Assembly: GCF_963921235.1 (NCBI RefSeq)
Contig: NC_086115.1
Location: forward strand, 17,546,001 to 17,610,000
Reading direction: 5' to 3'
DNA: 64,000 bases
Source: Mobula hypostoma
Taxonomy: Eukaryota
Of the stretch, positions 48,463 to 59,295 are shown in pieces (position 1 is the first letter of the stretch; each line of letters begins with the position of its first letter). A program made the position numbers and the translations under genes. Below the pieces are notes generated by a model. The model had not been told where the DNA came from. It was given only the letters and a program-made list of their open reading frames with translations, and did no database searches.

Positions 48463-48759
48463 CTGCAAGGGAAGAGAGCGGCTCAGTAGTCTACCCTGCG
48501 CCCTGGAAGTAATGGCAAGTTGCTTAGGAACCACTCTGAACCAAACCCCGGGGCCTTGTCCACCGTAGCTGGGGATCCCTGGGCTTTATCCACACTACAC
48601 CACACCACACCACACCACACACCCTCCACCATTCTGAGTTTTGTCTCAGGCACCGGTCCCCGAGAGCAAGAAACCCCACCTTTCAGTGGGGCGGTGGGGC
48701 AGGAGAAGAGGGGCACGGCCCCGATCCGATTACCGCCCCCCGCCCCAGCCCCGACCTAC

Positions 48760-48853
48760 CTTCCATCGTCGAGACAAAGGTGACTCCCTGCCGGTCCGTG
48801 TTGGTGGAGATGAGTCGGTAGAACGATCTCAACTTCTTATTCGCTTCGAAGGC
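48760..48853 (-). CDS. GGH-like exon (AFEANKKLRSFYRLISTNTDRQGVTFVSTME)
   Basis: Acceptor aattttAG and donor GTaggt, 94 nt, matches GGH N.KL..FF....TN.D...F.STME. Confidence 0.92.
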
Positions 48854-49409
48854 CTAAAATTAACGACCGCGTTAGTCCCTTGGGAGAATAAACCCTCACA
48901 CGCGTCCCCCGTCCCCCGGCCACGAGCCGTCATCGCTAATTACCCCCTCCCACTCACACGCCCTCCCCACTTCCACCCACCTGTCTTCCCTTTCCCTCCT
49001 CCTCCCTCTGTCGCCTGACAACCCTTCCCTCAAGCTCTTCCCCTCACCTTCCCCTCCTCCTGCAGTCTCACACCGCAACTCAACGCCGACTGCTCCCCAA
49101 CAGCAGTCTCCACCCTACCCCCGCTCCCCACCCTCCTCTCCCTCACACCCTCTCCCCAACACCACACCACAACCTTTCCCCGCCGTCAGCCCCACTGTCA
49201 CACCTCAATGCCGCTCCCCGTACTCACTCCTTATCTCACCCCGGTCCCACACTCTTCTGGCCGTCCGATCTCCCCCTAACATCACCTCCCCCCCCCCAAA
49301 CACACACACACACATACCGTCAGTCCCACCCCGCTCTCACCATCCTCCTCTTCCCATCCCACCCCTCACGACACCCGAGGTCTCACTCACCCGCACCCCA
49401 AGCCCTTAC

Positions 49410-49516
49410 CTCCAGGGTGAGGCTGTACTTATGGAAGTTACCGGTCAGTGGTGTCTCTGATAAAACTCGCGTCACCTCTGGGGCGAAATTCCTAAACATT
49501 TTACACGATTTCGCTT
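49410..49516 (-). CDS. GGH-like exon (EAKSCKMFRNFAPEVTRVLSETPLTGNFHKYSLTLE)
   Basis: Acceptor ttactttacAG and donor GTaagg, 107 nt, PLT.NFH motif. Confidence 0.92.
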
Positions 49517-49599
49517 CTGTAAAGTAACGAGACAGAAATCAATACTTGGCGAGGTGTTGGTGGAGGGGGGGATGGGACAGGAGTAGGGGTGGGGGAGAA

Positions 49600-51265
49600 C
49601 GTAACGGGAGCGTGGGTAGAGGGAGGAGGACGGTACTGGAGTGTGAGTGGGGTAGGGAGGAGGGTACAGGAGTGTGAGTGGGGTAGGGAGGAGGGTACAG
49701 GAGTGTGAGTGGGGTAGGGGAGGAGGGTACAGTTGTGTGAGTGGGGTAGGGGCGGACGGTACAGGAGTGTGAGTGGGGTAGGGGAGGAGGAGGGTACAGG
49801 AGTGTCAGTGAGGTAGGGAGGAGGGTACAGGAGTGTGAGTGGGGTAGGGGAGGAGGGTACAGGAGTGTGAGTGGGTGGTACAGGAGTGTGACTGGGCTAG
49901 GGAGGAGGGTACAGGAGTGTGAGTGGGGTAGGGGAGGAGGGTACAGGAGTGTGAGTGGGGTAGGGGAGGAGGAGGGTACAGGAGTGTCAGTGGGGTAGGG
50001 GAGGAGGGTACAGGAGTGTGAGTGGGTGGTACAGGACTGTGAGTGGGGTAGGGGAGGACGGTACAGGAGTGTGAGTGGGGTAGGGGAGGAGGAGGGTACA
50101 GGAGTGTCAGTGGGGTAGGGGAGGAGGGTACAGGAGTGTGAGTGGGGTAGGGGAGGAGGGTACAGGAGTGTGAGTGGGGTAGGGGAGAACGGTACAGGAG
50201 TGTGAGTGGGTGGTACAGGAGTGTGAGTGGGGTAGGGGAGGAGGGTACAGGAGTGTGAGTGGGGTAGGGAGGAGGGTACAGGAGTGTGAGTGGGGTAGGG
50301 GAGGAGGAGGGTACAGGAGTGTGAGTGAGGTAGGGAGGAGGGTATAGGAGTGTGAGTGGGTGGTACAGGAGTGTGACTGGGCTAGGGAGGAGGGTACAGG
50401 AGTGTGAGTGGGGTAGGGGAGGAGGGTACAGGAGTGTGAGTGGGGTAGGGGAGGAGGAGGGTACAGGAGTGTCAGTGGGGTAGGGGAGGAGGGTACAGGA
50501 GTGTGAGTGGGTGGTACAGGAGTGTGAGTGGGGTAGGGGAGGACGGTACAGGAGTGTGAGTGGGGTAGGGGAGGAGGAGGGTACAGGAGTGTCAGTGGGG
50601 TAGGGGAGGAGGGTACAGGAGTGTGAGTGGGGTAGGGAGGAGGGTACAGGAGTGTGAGTGGGGTAGGGGAGAACGGTACAGGAGTGTGAGTGGGTGGTAC
50701 AGGAGTGTGAGTGGGGTAGGGAGGAGGGTACAGGAGTGTGAGTGGGGTAGGGGAGGAGGAGGGTACAGGAGTGTGAGTGAGGTAGGGAGGAGGGTACAGG
50801 AGTGTGAGTGGGGTAGGGGAGGAGGGTACAGGAGTGTGAGTGGGTGGTACAGGAGTGTGACTGGGCTAGGGAGGAGGGTACAGGAGTGTGAGTGGGGTAG
50901 GGGAGGAGGAGGGTACAGGAGTGTCAGTGGGGTAGGGGAGGAGGGTACAGGAGTGTGAGTGGGTGGTACAGGAGTGTGAGTGGGGTAGGGGAGGAGGGTA
51001 CAGAAGTGTGAGTGGGGTAGGGGAGGAGGGTACAGGAGTGTGAGTGGGGTAGGGGAGGAGGGTACAGGAGTGTGTGTGGGGTAGGGGAGGAGGGTACAGG
51101 AGTGTGAGTGGGGTAGGGAGGAGGGTACAGGAGTGTGAGTGGGGTAGGGGAGGACGGTACAGGAGTGTGAGTGGGTGGTACAGGAGTGTGAGTGGGGTAG
51201 GGGAGGAGGGTACAGGAGTGTGAGTGGGGTAGGGAGGAGGGTACAGGAGTGTGAGTGGGGTGACG
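49600..51265. repeat. G-rich minisatellite (units 18-33 bp; ggagtgtgagtggggtaggggaggagggtaca)
   Basis: About 1.65 kb tandem array with higher-order variant patterns. ORFs here are artefacts. Confidence 0.97.
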
Positions 51266-52337
51266 GAGCATCGTGTAGGTGTGTAGATGTCTTCCTTGGG
51301 TACATTCGAAGTGAGTCTTTGCCTTCGATCTGATGCAGTTGTTTTATCTTTTGTTAATTGGCCTCGGGCGGGGGCTGGACCAGACGAGAGAGATGGGACT
51401 TAAGTTGAAGGCTGCGCAACATGAGATCGCCTTGTAGTTGGGAGATTGACCCTGGGGTAAATGGGTGGGCGAGAGCAGAGTCCTGGGATGAGTGATCCAT
51501 CCTCAATGGAGTGAAGAAGAATGAGGTGAAGATACAAAAGCCTGAAAGCACGCACCACCCGGCTCAAGGTAAGGACAGCTTCTATCCCGCTGTTATCAGA
51601 CTATTGAATGGCTCCCGACTATAATAAGGCGGACTCACAGTCCAGCTCGTCATGATCTTGCACTCATTGTCTATCTGCACTGCCCTTTCTCTGTAACTGC
51701 ATTCTGCATTGTTATTGATTTGCATTGTTCTCCCTCCATGACACTGTAATGCAAGGATGTGTATGAATAGTATGCAAGGCTATACGGGTGACAAATTAAC
51801 AAGTTGCCAATTTGGTTTACTAGTTCTGAGGGAGACCGCTGGGGAAGGATACCAAAGGTGTCGTTCTTCCCCCGTGAACCGCTTGATTCTATTCCCGTGT
51901 TCCGGAGGCTTGGGATGGAGGTTTCTGTACTAGGATCTTTGGACCCAGAGACAGTGAGTCCTCTGCCGTTCGGTTTATCCAATGGGATTTCGGGGAAGGA
52001 ACCGGATGGTTTGGAAACTGGCCAGGAAGGTGGATCTGGATATATTAGACTCCAGGGTTAGAGGGGCAACTTTCCTGATGCTGTTTGCATCGAGCGATGC
52101 CCCTCCCACGACCCCGCCTCCTTGACCCCCCCGTCAGCTGCCACGCCCTGCCCATAGCCACACCCCCTCTGTGACGCCTCTCACGCTCGCCACGCCCCTC
52201 TCTAGACCACGCCTCTTCCATGGCATCTCCTCCTCTCTTGTCCCTCTTCTGTCTTGACCACACTCCTTGGCCACGTCCCGCTGACCTCACCTCCCCCCCC
52301 CACCCCTCATCCCAGTCCCACTCCGGGCGCTCCCTAC

Positions 52338-52476
52338 CGTCAGTGAAATCCAGCGGCAATGCCATGTTGTTACTGTCCGTCCTGCTGAGCAGATTCTCGC
52401 CCGTAGTGAGTGCCGTCAACAGCTGATGCCCCAGGCACGTCCCCCACACCGGGAAGTAATCGCCCTGGTCACAGGC
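52338..52476 (-). CDS. GGH-like exon ([46 protein letters not shown]), catalytic Cys
   Basis: Acceptor ccgttcgccgcAG and donor GTaggg, 139 nt, [12 protein letters not shown] nucleophile elbow. Confidence 0.95.
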
Positions 52477-53109
52477 CTGCGGCGAACGGAAGTGTGACAG
52501 TCAGCCAGACCCTGCACCCAGCCCGGGGAAGCACTGATCGGTTCCTCATGCTCTGGAGACTGGCTGCTAACCCAGTGAACCCCCATCACGGCACCGGGGG
52601 GGGGGGGGGCACCACTACCCCTTCCGTTGCACGCCAGCACCGTAAGCAAACCGAGAAAACGGAGCACAAAAAAAATAGCCCATCCTCGTTATCCCAGCCC
52701 CGTCCTCCTTCACACCAGACCCACGTTGCTTGTTGAAAAGCACCTGGGTGACGGTGGGAGAATTTAGGACAAACTGGACCACCGAGGTCTTCTTCATTCA
52801 GGGATTGAATCGGGGTGCGGAGTCAGAAAATTGGGTTCCTCGTCTGGACTGAGTCCTAATACCGGATCCAGAATTTCTCTTCACCTCCAGATGCTACCCG
52901 ACCGCCGAAGACTTTGTGGTTTCAGCGGATTGATCTGTTGCCCCGGGAGTCGTTGGCTTGGTTTTGGGCAGACTGTCGGGTGCACACTGCTTCCGCAATA
53001 ATTTCGTTCCCTCAACATTGTGAATCAACGAGCGAGGCTGAGGTCTGGGATGGCCCACACTGATGGGACACTAAACAATCTGGGACCCTTCCTTGGGTTC
53101 ATAAGACTA

Positions 53110-53560
53110 TAAGACCGTAAGACATAAGACTGAACTAGGCCATTCGGCTCATCGTGTCTTCTGCACCATTTCATCATTACTGATTTATTATCCCTCTCAA
53201 CCCCATTCTCCTGCCTTCTCCCCGTAACCTTTGACACCCTGATTAATCAAGAATCTGTCAACCTCCGCTTTAAATATCCTCAACGACTTGGCCGCCACAG
53301 CTGTCGGTAGCAATGAATTCCATCGCCCTCTGGCTGAAGAATTTCTCCTCGTCTTTATTTCAAATCTATGTCCCTCTATTCGGATACCATGCCCTCTGGT
53401 CCTAAACTCCCCGCTAAAAGAAATACATCTACTCTAGATCTTTGAAAATTCGATGGAATTCAATGAGACCACCCCATCCCCCTTCATTCTTCTAAACTCC
53501 AGAGGCATCAAACAGTCCTTATACATTAACCCTTTCATTCCTTCTCTGGTCCCTCCGAAA
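53110..53560 (-). mobile_element. CR1 3' fragment
   Basis: LEFRRMKGD remnant and CR1 3' UTR with a (cttat..)n tail on the minus strand. Confidence 0.7.
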
Positions 53561-53643
53561 GGAGCAACATACTCCCTTCCCTCGCTTGCCCGTGTCTGAC
53601 ACACAACCACAGACACCCACCCCTCCCCCGACTCCTGACTGAC

Positions 53644-53728
53644 CTCCACCGCCAGCCTGTAGAAGATGCCGGCCACCCGGGCGAACTCGGAGTTCTGGAC
53701 ATCAACGGCGCCGCCAGGGAATAAGATC
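53644..53728 (-). CDS. GGH-like exon (GILFPGGAVDVQNSEFARVAGIFYRLAVE), oxyanion strand
   Basis: Acceptor cctcttccgcAG and donor GTcagt, 85 nt, ILFPGG motif. Confidence 0.94.
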
Positions 53729-54448
53729 CTGCGGAAGAGGGGATCGTGGGTGTGGCTTCATAACGCAGTGTGCAGCAGCTCGAATGACAAGGCCCTGGTG
53801 GATAACTCCGGCCGGGACAGACCTGGACGCGGCCCGGCGGTGTGAGGGGTGGGAATCTCAAACAGTAACACCGGCGCATCGGCCAACTCCGGTTCAACGG
53901 GGCGAAGGCGGGATGGGAGCACCTTTTCGAAGGGCAGGCAAAGCGGAGGAAAGCTGTCCTCGTGGGAAGGGAAGAGTACGGTTGCTGCGGTGTCCCGGCG
54001 ACTGCTCCTGGGACGAGTAAATGACCGTTCGATAGAACCTGTGCGCTACGGTCATACAGGTCAAACACTGGAGTTAACAGATGGCCCGGACCCGGGGGGG
54101 GGGGGTGGAGTAACTTCAATTCATAAACGCGAGAGATTTGGCAGTTTCTGGAAATCTTAGGGAACACTCACAAAATGTTGGAATAACTCAAAAGGTCAGG
54201 TAGTATTTGTGGAGGGGAGTCGACTTTTCGGGCCGAGACCATTTATTGGGGCTGGTCGGATCGTTGACTGACGGATAGTCTACTGTTCATGATAGGAATA
54301 CGTGGAGTTGGACTGATTTCCCAGGACCCACCCAGGTGGCTGGAGCGCCGTGCGGACACAGGGACGAAGAGGGTGGGGTGGGAGCAGAGTTTTCGCGAAG
54401 AGCAGAGATAATAAAACGAGGAAGGGCGACGGATGGTCTAATACCTAC

Positions 54449-54499
54449 CCATTTATTGAGTAAAATAGTTTTTCATATTCAGATTCACTGAGATACAAT
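54449..54499 (-). CDS. GGH-like exon (RLYLSESEYEKLFYSING)
   Basis: Acceptor gttgttcttgcAG and donor GTaggt, 51 nt, phase 2-2, matches GGH Y..LF.SING. Confidence 0.9.
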
Positions 54500-54883
54500 C
54501 TGCAAGAACAACGAACGACTTTCAGTCACAGCCAGTCAACTTTCAGACTCAGATCTGCCACATTCTCCCCTTCCTAATTCATCCCAAACTAAACCCTATT
54601 TATCACCCAATTCTCATCTCCTGGATTAAACAATTTCCAAACTGTTCCCCAACCCAATATCAGTTCCCAAACCCGCCCCTCTCCAAACACGTCCCTCGCT
54701 TTCCCAGCGCCTCTCAATCCGACAGAGTTTAGCAATGAAAATCTTCTTGATACGGTGATCAATATAGAGTCACAGCGGCCAATTTCGACACAGTAAGGTC
54801 ACAGCTGACCTTACCACCCACCTAAACTGTAACCAAGGCCTTAACTGTCGATCACAACTCTGAACCCAACCACTAGTTATAGT

Positions 54884-55104
54884 CAAACAACAGGAATTCT
54901 GCAGATGCTGGAAATTCAAGCAACATACATCAAAGTTGCTGGTGAACGCAGCAGGCCAAGCAGCATCTATAGGAAGAGGTGCAGTCGACGTTTCAGGCCG
55001 AGACCCTTCGTCCTGACGAAGGGTCTCGGCCTGAAACGTCGACTGCACCTCTTCCTATAGATGCTGCTTGGCCTGCTGCGTTCACCAGCAACTTTGATGT
55101 ATGT
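54884..55104. mobile_element. Penelope-derived palindromic mini-element (perfect 90-bp inverted arms) with 13-bp TSD and hammerhead core
   Basis: TSD cactagttatagt at 54871-54883 and 55105-55117. Arms 54923-55012 / 55015-55104. CTGACGA..GAAAcGTC at 55013-55040 (+). Confidence 0.92.
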
Positions 55105-55574
55105 CACTAGTTATAGTAATGTCAATGACCTACCGCTTTCACTAACAGGTCACCAGTACCGATTCTCAACCAGCAACACCACCTTCTGCCTCTTCGCAGA
55201 GTCGTTGCTTAACCTGCTATCAACCAATTCAATGCAGGGTTTCGAAACGGGAATATTTGGGAGTGGGCGGGCTGAGATTCCACACCGCTCCCCGCTCCAC
55301 CGCCCACCTCCGTGCTCGCCCCCCTGCCCTTTCATCGACGCTCCCTTTCCTCGCCCTCCTACTCACTCATTCTCCCGTTCACTCACTCCTCCTCAGTCTC
55401 CTCTCACCCTCAGTCCAGCAGTCCCTCACTCCTGCTCTTCCATCGCTATCTCACTCCTTCACTCTCTTACTCGCTCCTTTCATCCCCTCGCCCTGCCTCT
55501 CACTCCGAGTCTCCTCCACGTTCTCGGCAGGTTTAAGCCCGTCACTTGAGTGAGCTCTATGGGGTAGGACTCAC

Positions 55575-55686
55575 CTGATCACTGCCACTCTGCATCCGGC
55601 CGATTCCAGGTGTTTTACGTTGGAAGAGGCCACGTACGTCTGGGCCATCCCGGACAGGTGACCCATTGTCTGCTGGGCCAAGATCC
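55575..55686 (-). CDS. GGH-like exon (GILAQQTMGHLSGMAQTYVASSNVKHLESAGCRVAVIR)
   Basis: Acceptor cctcttactgtAG and donor GTgagt, 112 nt, matches GGH GIL.Q...YIAASYVKYLESAGARV. Confidence 0.93.
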
Positions 55687-56439
55687 CTACAGTAAGAGGA
55701 AGCGTGAGAGAGCAAGGGCCAGACGACCAGTATCTCAAAGGCAAGATTTGTCCTCCTGTCACTGAAGGAGGCTGCAACACGGTCAAAATCCCCCTGGCAG
55801 ACGGACGTTCTCCAGAGAAAGTCACAAATATATCGCCCAATAACTTGGCTTCTGAGGCGCAAGACATGTTTACTAGGACTGTGCTCGGAGTGATGCTGCG
55901 CGGGACGTGTTAACAGTCTATGGCCTTTCGCCTGGGAGGGAGAAAGCGGTTCTGAAGCTGTTTTAATTGATTCGGCACAACCGAAGGGCCTGTTCCTGTG
56001 CGGTACTGTTCTATGTTCTTAGTTTGGCTTGGGACGGACAAAATGTTTCCTCGTGCAGGGAAGAGTAAAGCCAGGCGCTAGGGTAGCTCTACAGCAAATC
56101 AGTGCAGATGCAGGAAATCTGAAATAAAGCAGGAACAGCTGGAAACACTCAGCAGGTCAGGCAGCGCCGGCGGAGAGAAAAAAAAACCTTTCCAGGATGA
56201 AGTTCCAACAGCTGGGGAGATGCAAGGATCCACCAGCACGAGGGAAGATAACCCCCTCTTGTCGTCAATAGCTGTCCCTCAAAACTTCTTTGTTCAGTGT
56301 TCTCGGTGTCCCTGCCCCACGGGACTTGGTGCGACTGCTGCCTCGGGTAGCCCGCCTACCCCCTCAATACCCACCACACACAGTCCTGGAATAATCGCGT
56401 TCGGAACATGAACACAGTTAAAGAGCCAACATCACTCAC

Positions 56440-56471
56440 CTATTATGGGCCGGTCATTCAGAATTCTTTCC
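56440..56471 (-). CDS. GGH-like 32-nt micro-exon (ERILNDRPIIG)
   Basis: Acceptor cttcaatctccacAG and donor GTgagt. It encodes NDRPIIG, which begins the GGH catalytic domain, and its phase fits the next exon. Confidence 0.85.
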
Positions 56472-56624
56472 CTGTGGAGATTGAAGAGGGTGATTCTGAG
56501 TCGATTTTTTGTTTGTTTTATATACAAAGTTTACTCGATGACTACAATATCAGACAAAAGCACACATACACATATATATATGTATACCTATATAAACACA
56601 CTACGCACAGCTTCAAATTACTAC

Positions 56625-56683
56625 CTGCAACACAACCAAGCCCCAGAGGCCCTCCGCTCCCGGAAATCCTGTACTGTTGCCAT
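56625..56683 (-). CDS. Candidate GGH-like first coding exon A (MATVQDFRERRASGAWLCCR)
   Basis: tccATGg start and a phase-2 end compatible with the micro-exon. Donor GTagta is weak. Confidence 0.3.
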
Positions 56684-58771
56684 GGACACCGCGTGCTCCT
56701 TCTCCAGGAAAACCGGGCACAGATGTAACCCCGGAAAGGGGGATGGGGAGGGCAGGCAATCAGCCTGAGCAGTCCGGTCGACTGTCCGCCGCCTGGAGCT
56801 ATGAATGGCCATTTTAGCCGGGTCCAGGAGCAAGAGGTTCAGGAGATTTCCCGAGCGACCCCACCACCCCACCGTGGCAGTGTCTACAGGTGAGGGGCGT
56901 GCGGCTGGTGTAACCGGAATCTGAGAAGCGGTGAGTTCTCAACACAGCCGGGTGGGAGCACAGGAGCATGGGCGTGGACCTGGCTTCGGCAGGGTCCCCT
57001 CCACAGGAGATGTTACAATAGGACCATAGGAGTGTCCGACCGCAAGAGGCGAATCGGCCCCTCATCCTCTGACTCACTCCCTGCCACGAACCCGCACCCC
57101 ATACACCTATACACAAGATTCACTTCCTATCACCCTACATTTCCAAAGCTGTTGCGTTCTTTGTTTGAACTTCTAATTTTCGGCGGTTCAGGTCAGATTC
57201 AAACTTCTTCAGGAGCGTGTGGATCCTAGACCGAAGGATGTTAACCGAAACCGCCCCGGTCACCAGGCGGAGAAGGGGGGTGGAGCTCCTTCATTCCGGG
57301 ACCATGACAGTCAGCAGGAGCGAGTCGGTAATCAACTGGCAGACGCCGACTTCTCACTCGCCCGAGGTTCAGCCCATTAAATGGCCCAGGAGGCTCGGGG
57401 GGGCGAGTGGCCTTCTCCTAACATGAATAAATTAACAAGGAAGGGGACGCAGCATGGCCAGATCCGTGCCCCCGGCCTCTGGGGCAATCCCCCGTCCCGC
57501 TGCGATCACGTGGCCGCACTGCCACCTCACCAGTCCACGGCCAATTCTCTTTTTCACTTTTAGCCCTTTATTAGTTACATTAATAAATGAATACACAACT
57601 ACATGGTATAATCTGACATCAGACATAAAAACGGATCTCCTGCGGCATTGCTCCGAGATGGGACTACCCCGATAAGACCAGAGATCCGAACAGACAGATA
57701 AAACTTGCCGAACTATTTATATAATTATTGGTTGCAGAGGACTGTTCCACTGTCTCGGAAACTTGAGTCCGCTGTGCCCGTCACAGGGGAGGCTATGCAG
57801 CATCCACACCAGGACCGGCAGACTCAGAACCGGTTACTTTCCCCAAGCAGTAAGGCTGATCAACACCTCCACCCCCTCCACACACCCAACCACCACTACT
57901 TGATTTTTTGCTGCCAGTCGCTTTTTGTACAGACAATCCTGTGCCTAGCGTTATGGACATACAATCAATCTATGAATATAAGCTATCTTATATATTTATA
58001 TTTATTGTGCTTTTTTAAAAAAAAAGTACTGCATCAAATGCGGAGAATTTCGTTCTCCCTTACACTTGTGCACTAGAAATAACATTAAGCAATCTTGAAT
58101 ACACTACATCTCCCCTTCACTACAGGGCAGGACTCTTGCAGCCGGCGGTAATATTTTCACCCGTCGGTGTCAAATTAGGTTTGCAGTTATGTTTTGAAAT
58201 AACTGAGGTGATTAATTATTTGTGACGTTTCGGTTTAATTACAAATCGGACCTGAAATCAATAGATGGATTTGTTTTGTAGAACACCCTGATGACTGGAC
58301 GAAGAGAGCTTCACACAGTCCACCTTTGAACTGATGTTCACCCATAGGGGCCGCTGTTCTGCTTAGAGTTTAGAACGTCAACAACAAAGGAAGAGGGAAC
58401 ACTCCGAAACGTCGACTGTTTACTCTTTTCCATACATTCTGCCTGACCTGCTGAGTTCCTCCAGCGTTTTGTGTGTATTGCTTTGGATTTCCAGCATCTG
58501 CAGATTTGAAAGGAAGGGGGACCCCAACATGCCGCCCACAGTTTTCAGCCATCAAGCACACAGCAACTCTCTGGGCAGCGGCCAAAAGCCAAAGGGTTTT
58601 CTCAAAGGACAAATGGTGCTGCCCAAGGTGGTTTTTCATAGTTCACTTACCATCAGCTTCCCTGACAATCATCACTAAGCGTTTGTGAAATGCAGATGGA
58701 CCTGTTTCTATACATAAGCACCAATCTGGCGCGCCAGAACTACACATCCGCAAATATGCACACAGACATCC

Positions 58772-59295
58772 TGTCACGGTCCGGTCCGCGGACTCCGGAC
58801 TCCGGGTCTTCCGGGTGTCCCTGGATTTGGTTGAACTTAACCATGAGCACCTGATGCTCATCTTGGAGCTGGGAATATAAGTGGCCCTGGGATCGAGTGT
58901 GGTGGCTGGGTTGTCTAGTCAGTCTCCCCTTGGAGCAACCCACTGGTGGAAGGCTAGTGAAATCACTGGGATATGGATTTCGCTGTTCCGTAGCCCGCCG
59001 AGGTTACCGGCCGCCTCCAGTCTTGGAGCCACCCCAGAACTAGCTCTCTTCCTGTCCCTTGCCTCCGTCGGGTAAGCCAGGCCATTTGCTGTTACCCTGC
59101 GGTTGGTTCTGTCCCTTCCTGTCCCTTGCCTCTGTCGGGTAAGCCAGGCCATTTTCTGTTACCCTGCGGTTGGGTCTGTCCCTCCTTGTCCTTGCCTCCG
59201 TGGGGAGGAGTCCCGCATCCTGCCCAAGAGTTGCCTCGTAGTGCCCTTGCCCCGTTATGCCCTCGTCTAGCCTCGAAGACCCCAAGCCTCGTCTA
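58772..59295 (+). mobile_element. Truncated LTR-like element with internal ~49-bp direct repeats
   Basis: Starts TGTCACGG, has a TATA-like gaatataag and repeated cctgtcccttgcctc.gtcgggtaagccaggccattt units. No terminal CA or TSD was found. Confidence 0.45.

Noticed and set aside
50592-51305. Long Pro/His/Thr-rich ORFs (237 aa and others)
   Set aside because: These are translations of the minisatellite inside a GGH-like intron.
54025-54075. FDLYDRSAQVLSNG as the third GGH exon
   Set aside because: Splice phases do not fit. The exon at 54449-54499 has canonical sites, the expected 51-nt length and better similarity.
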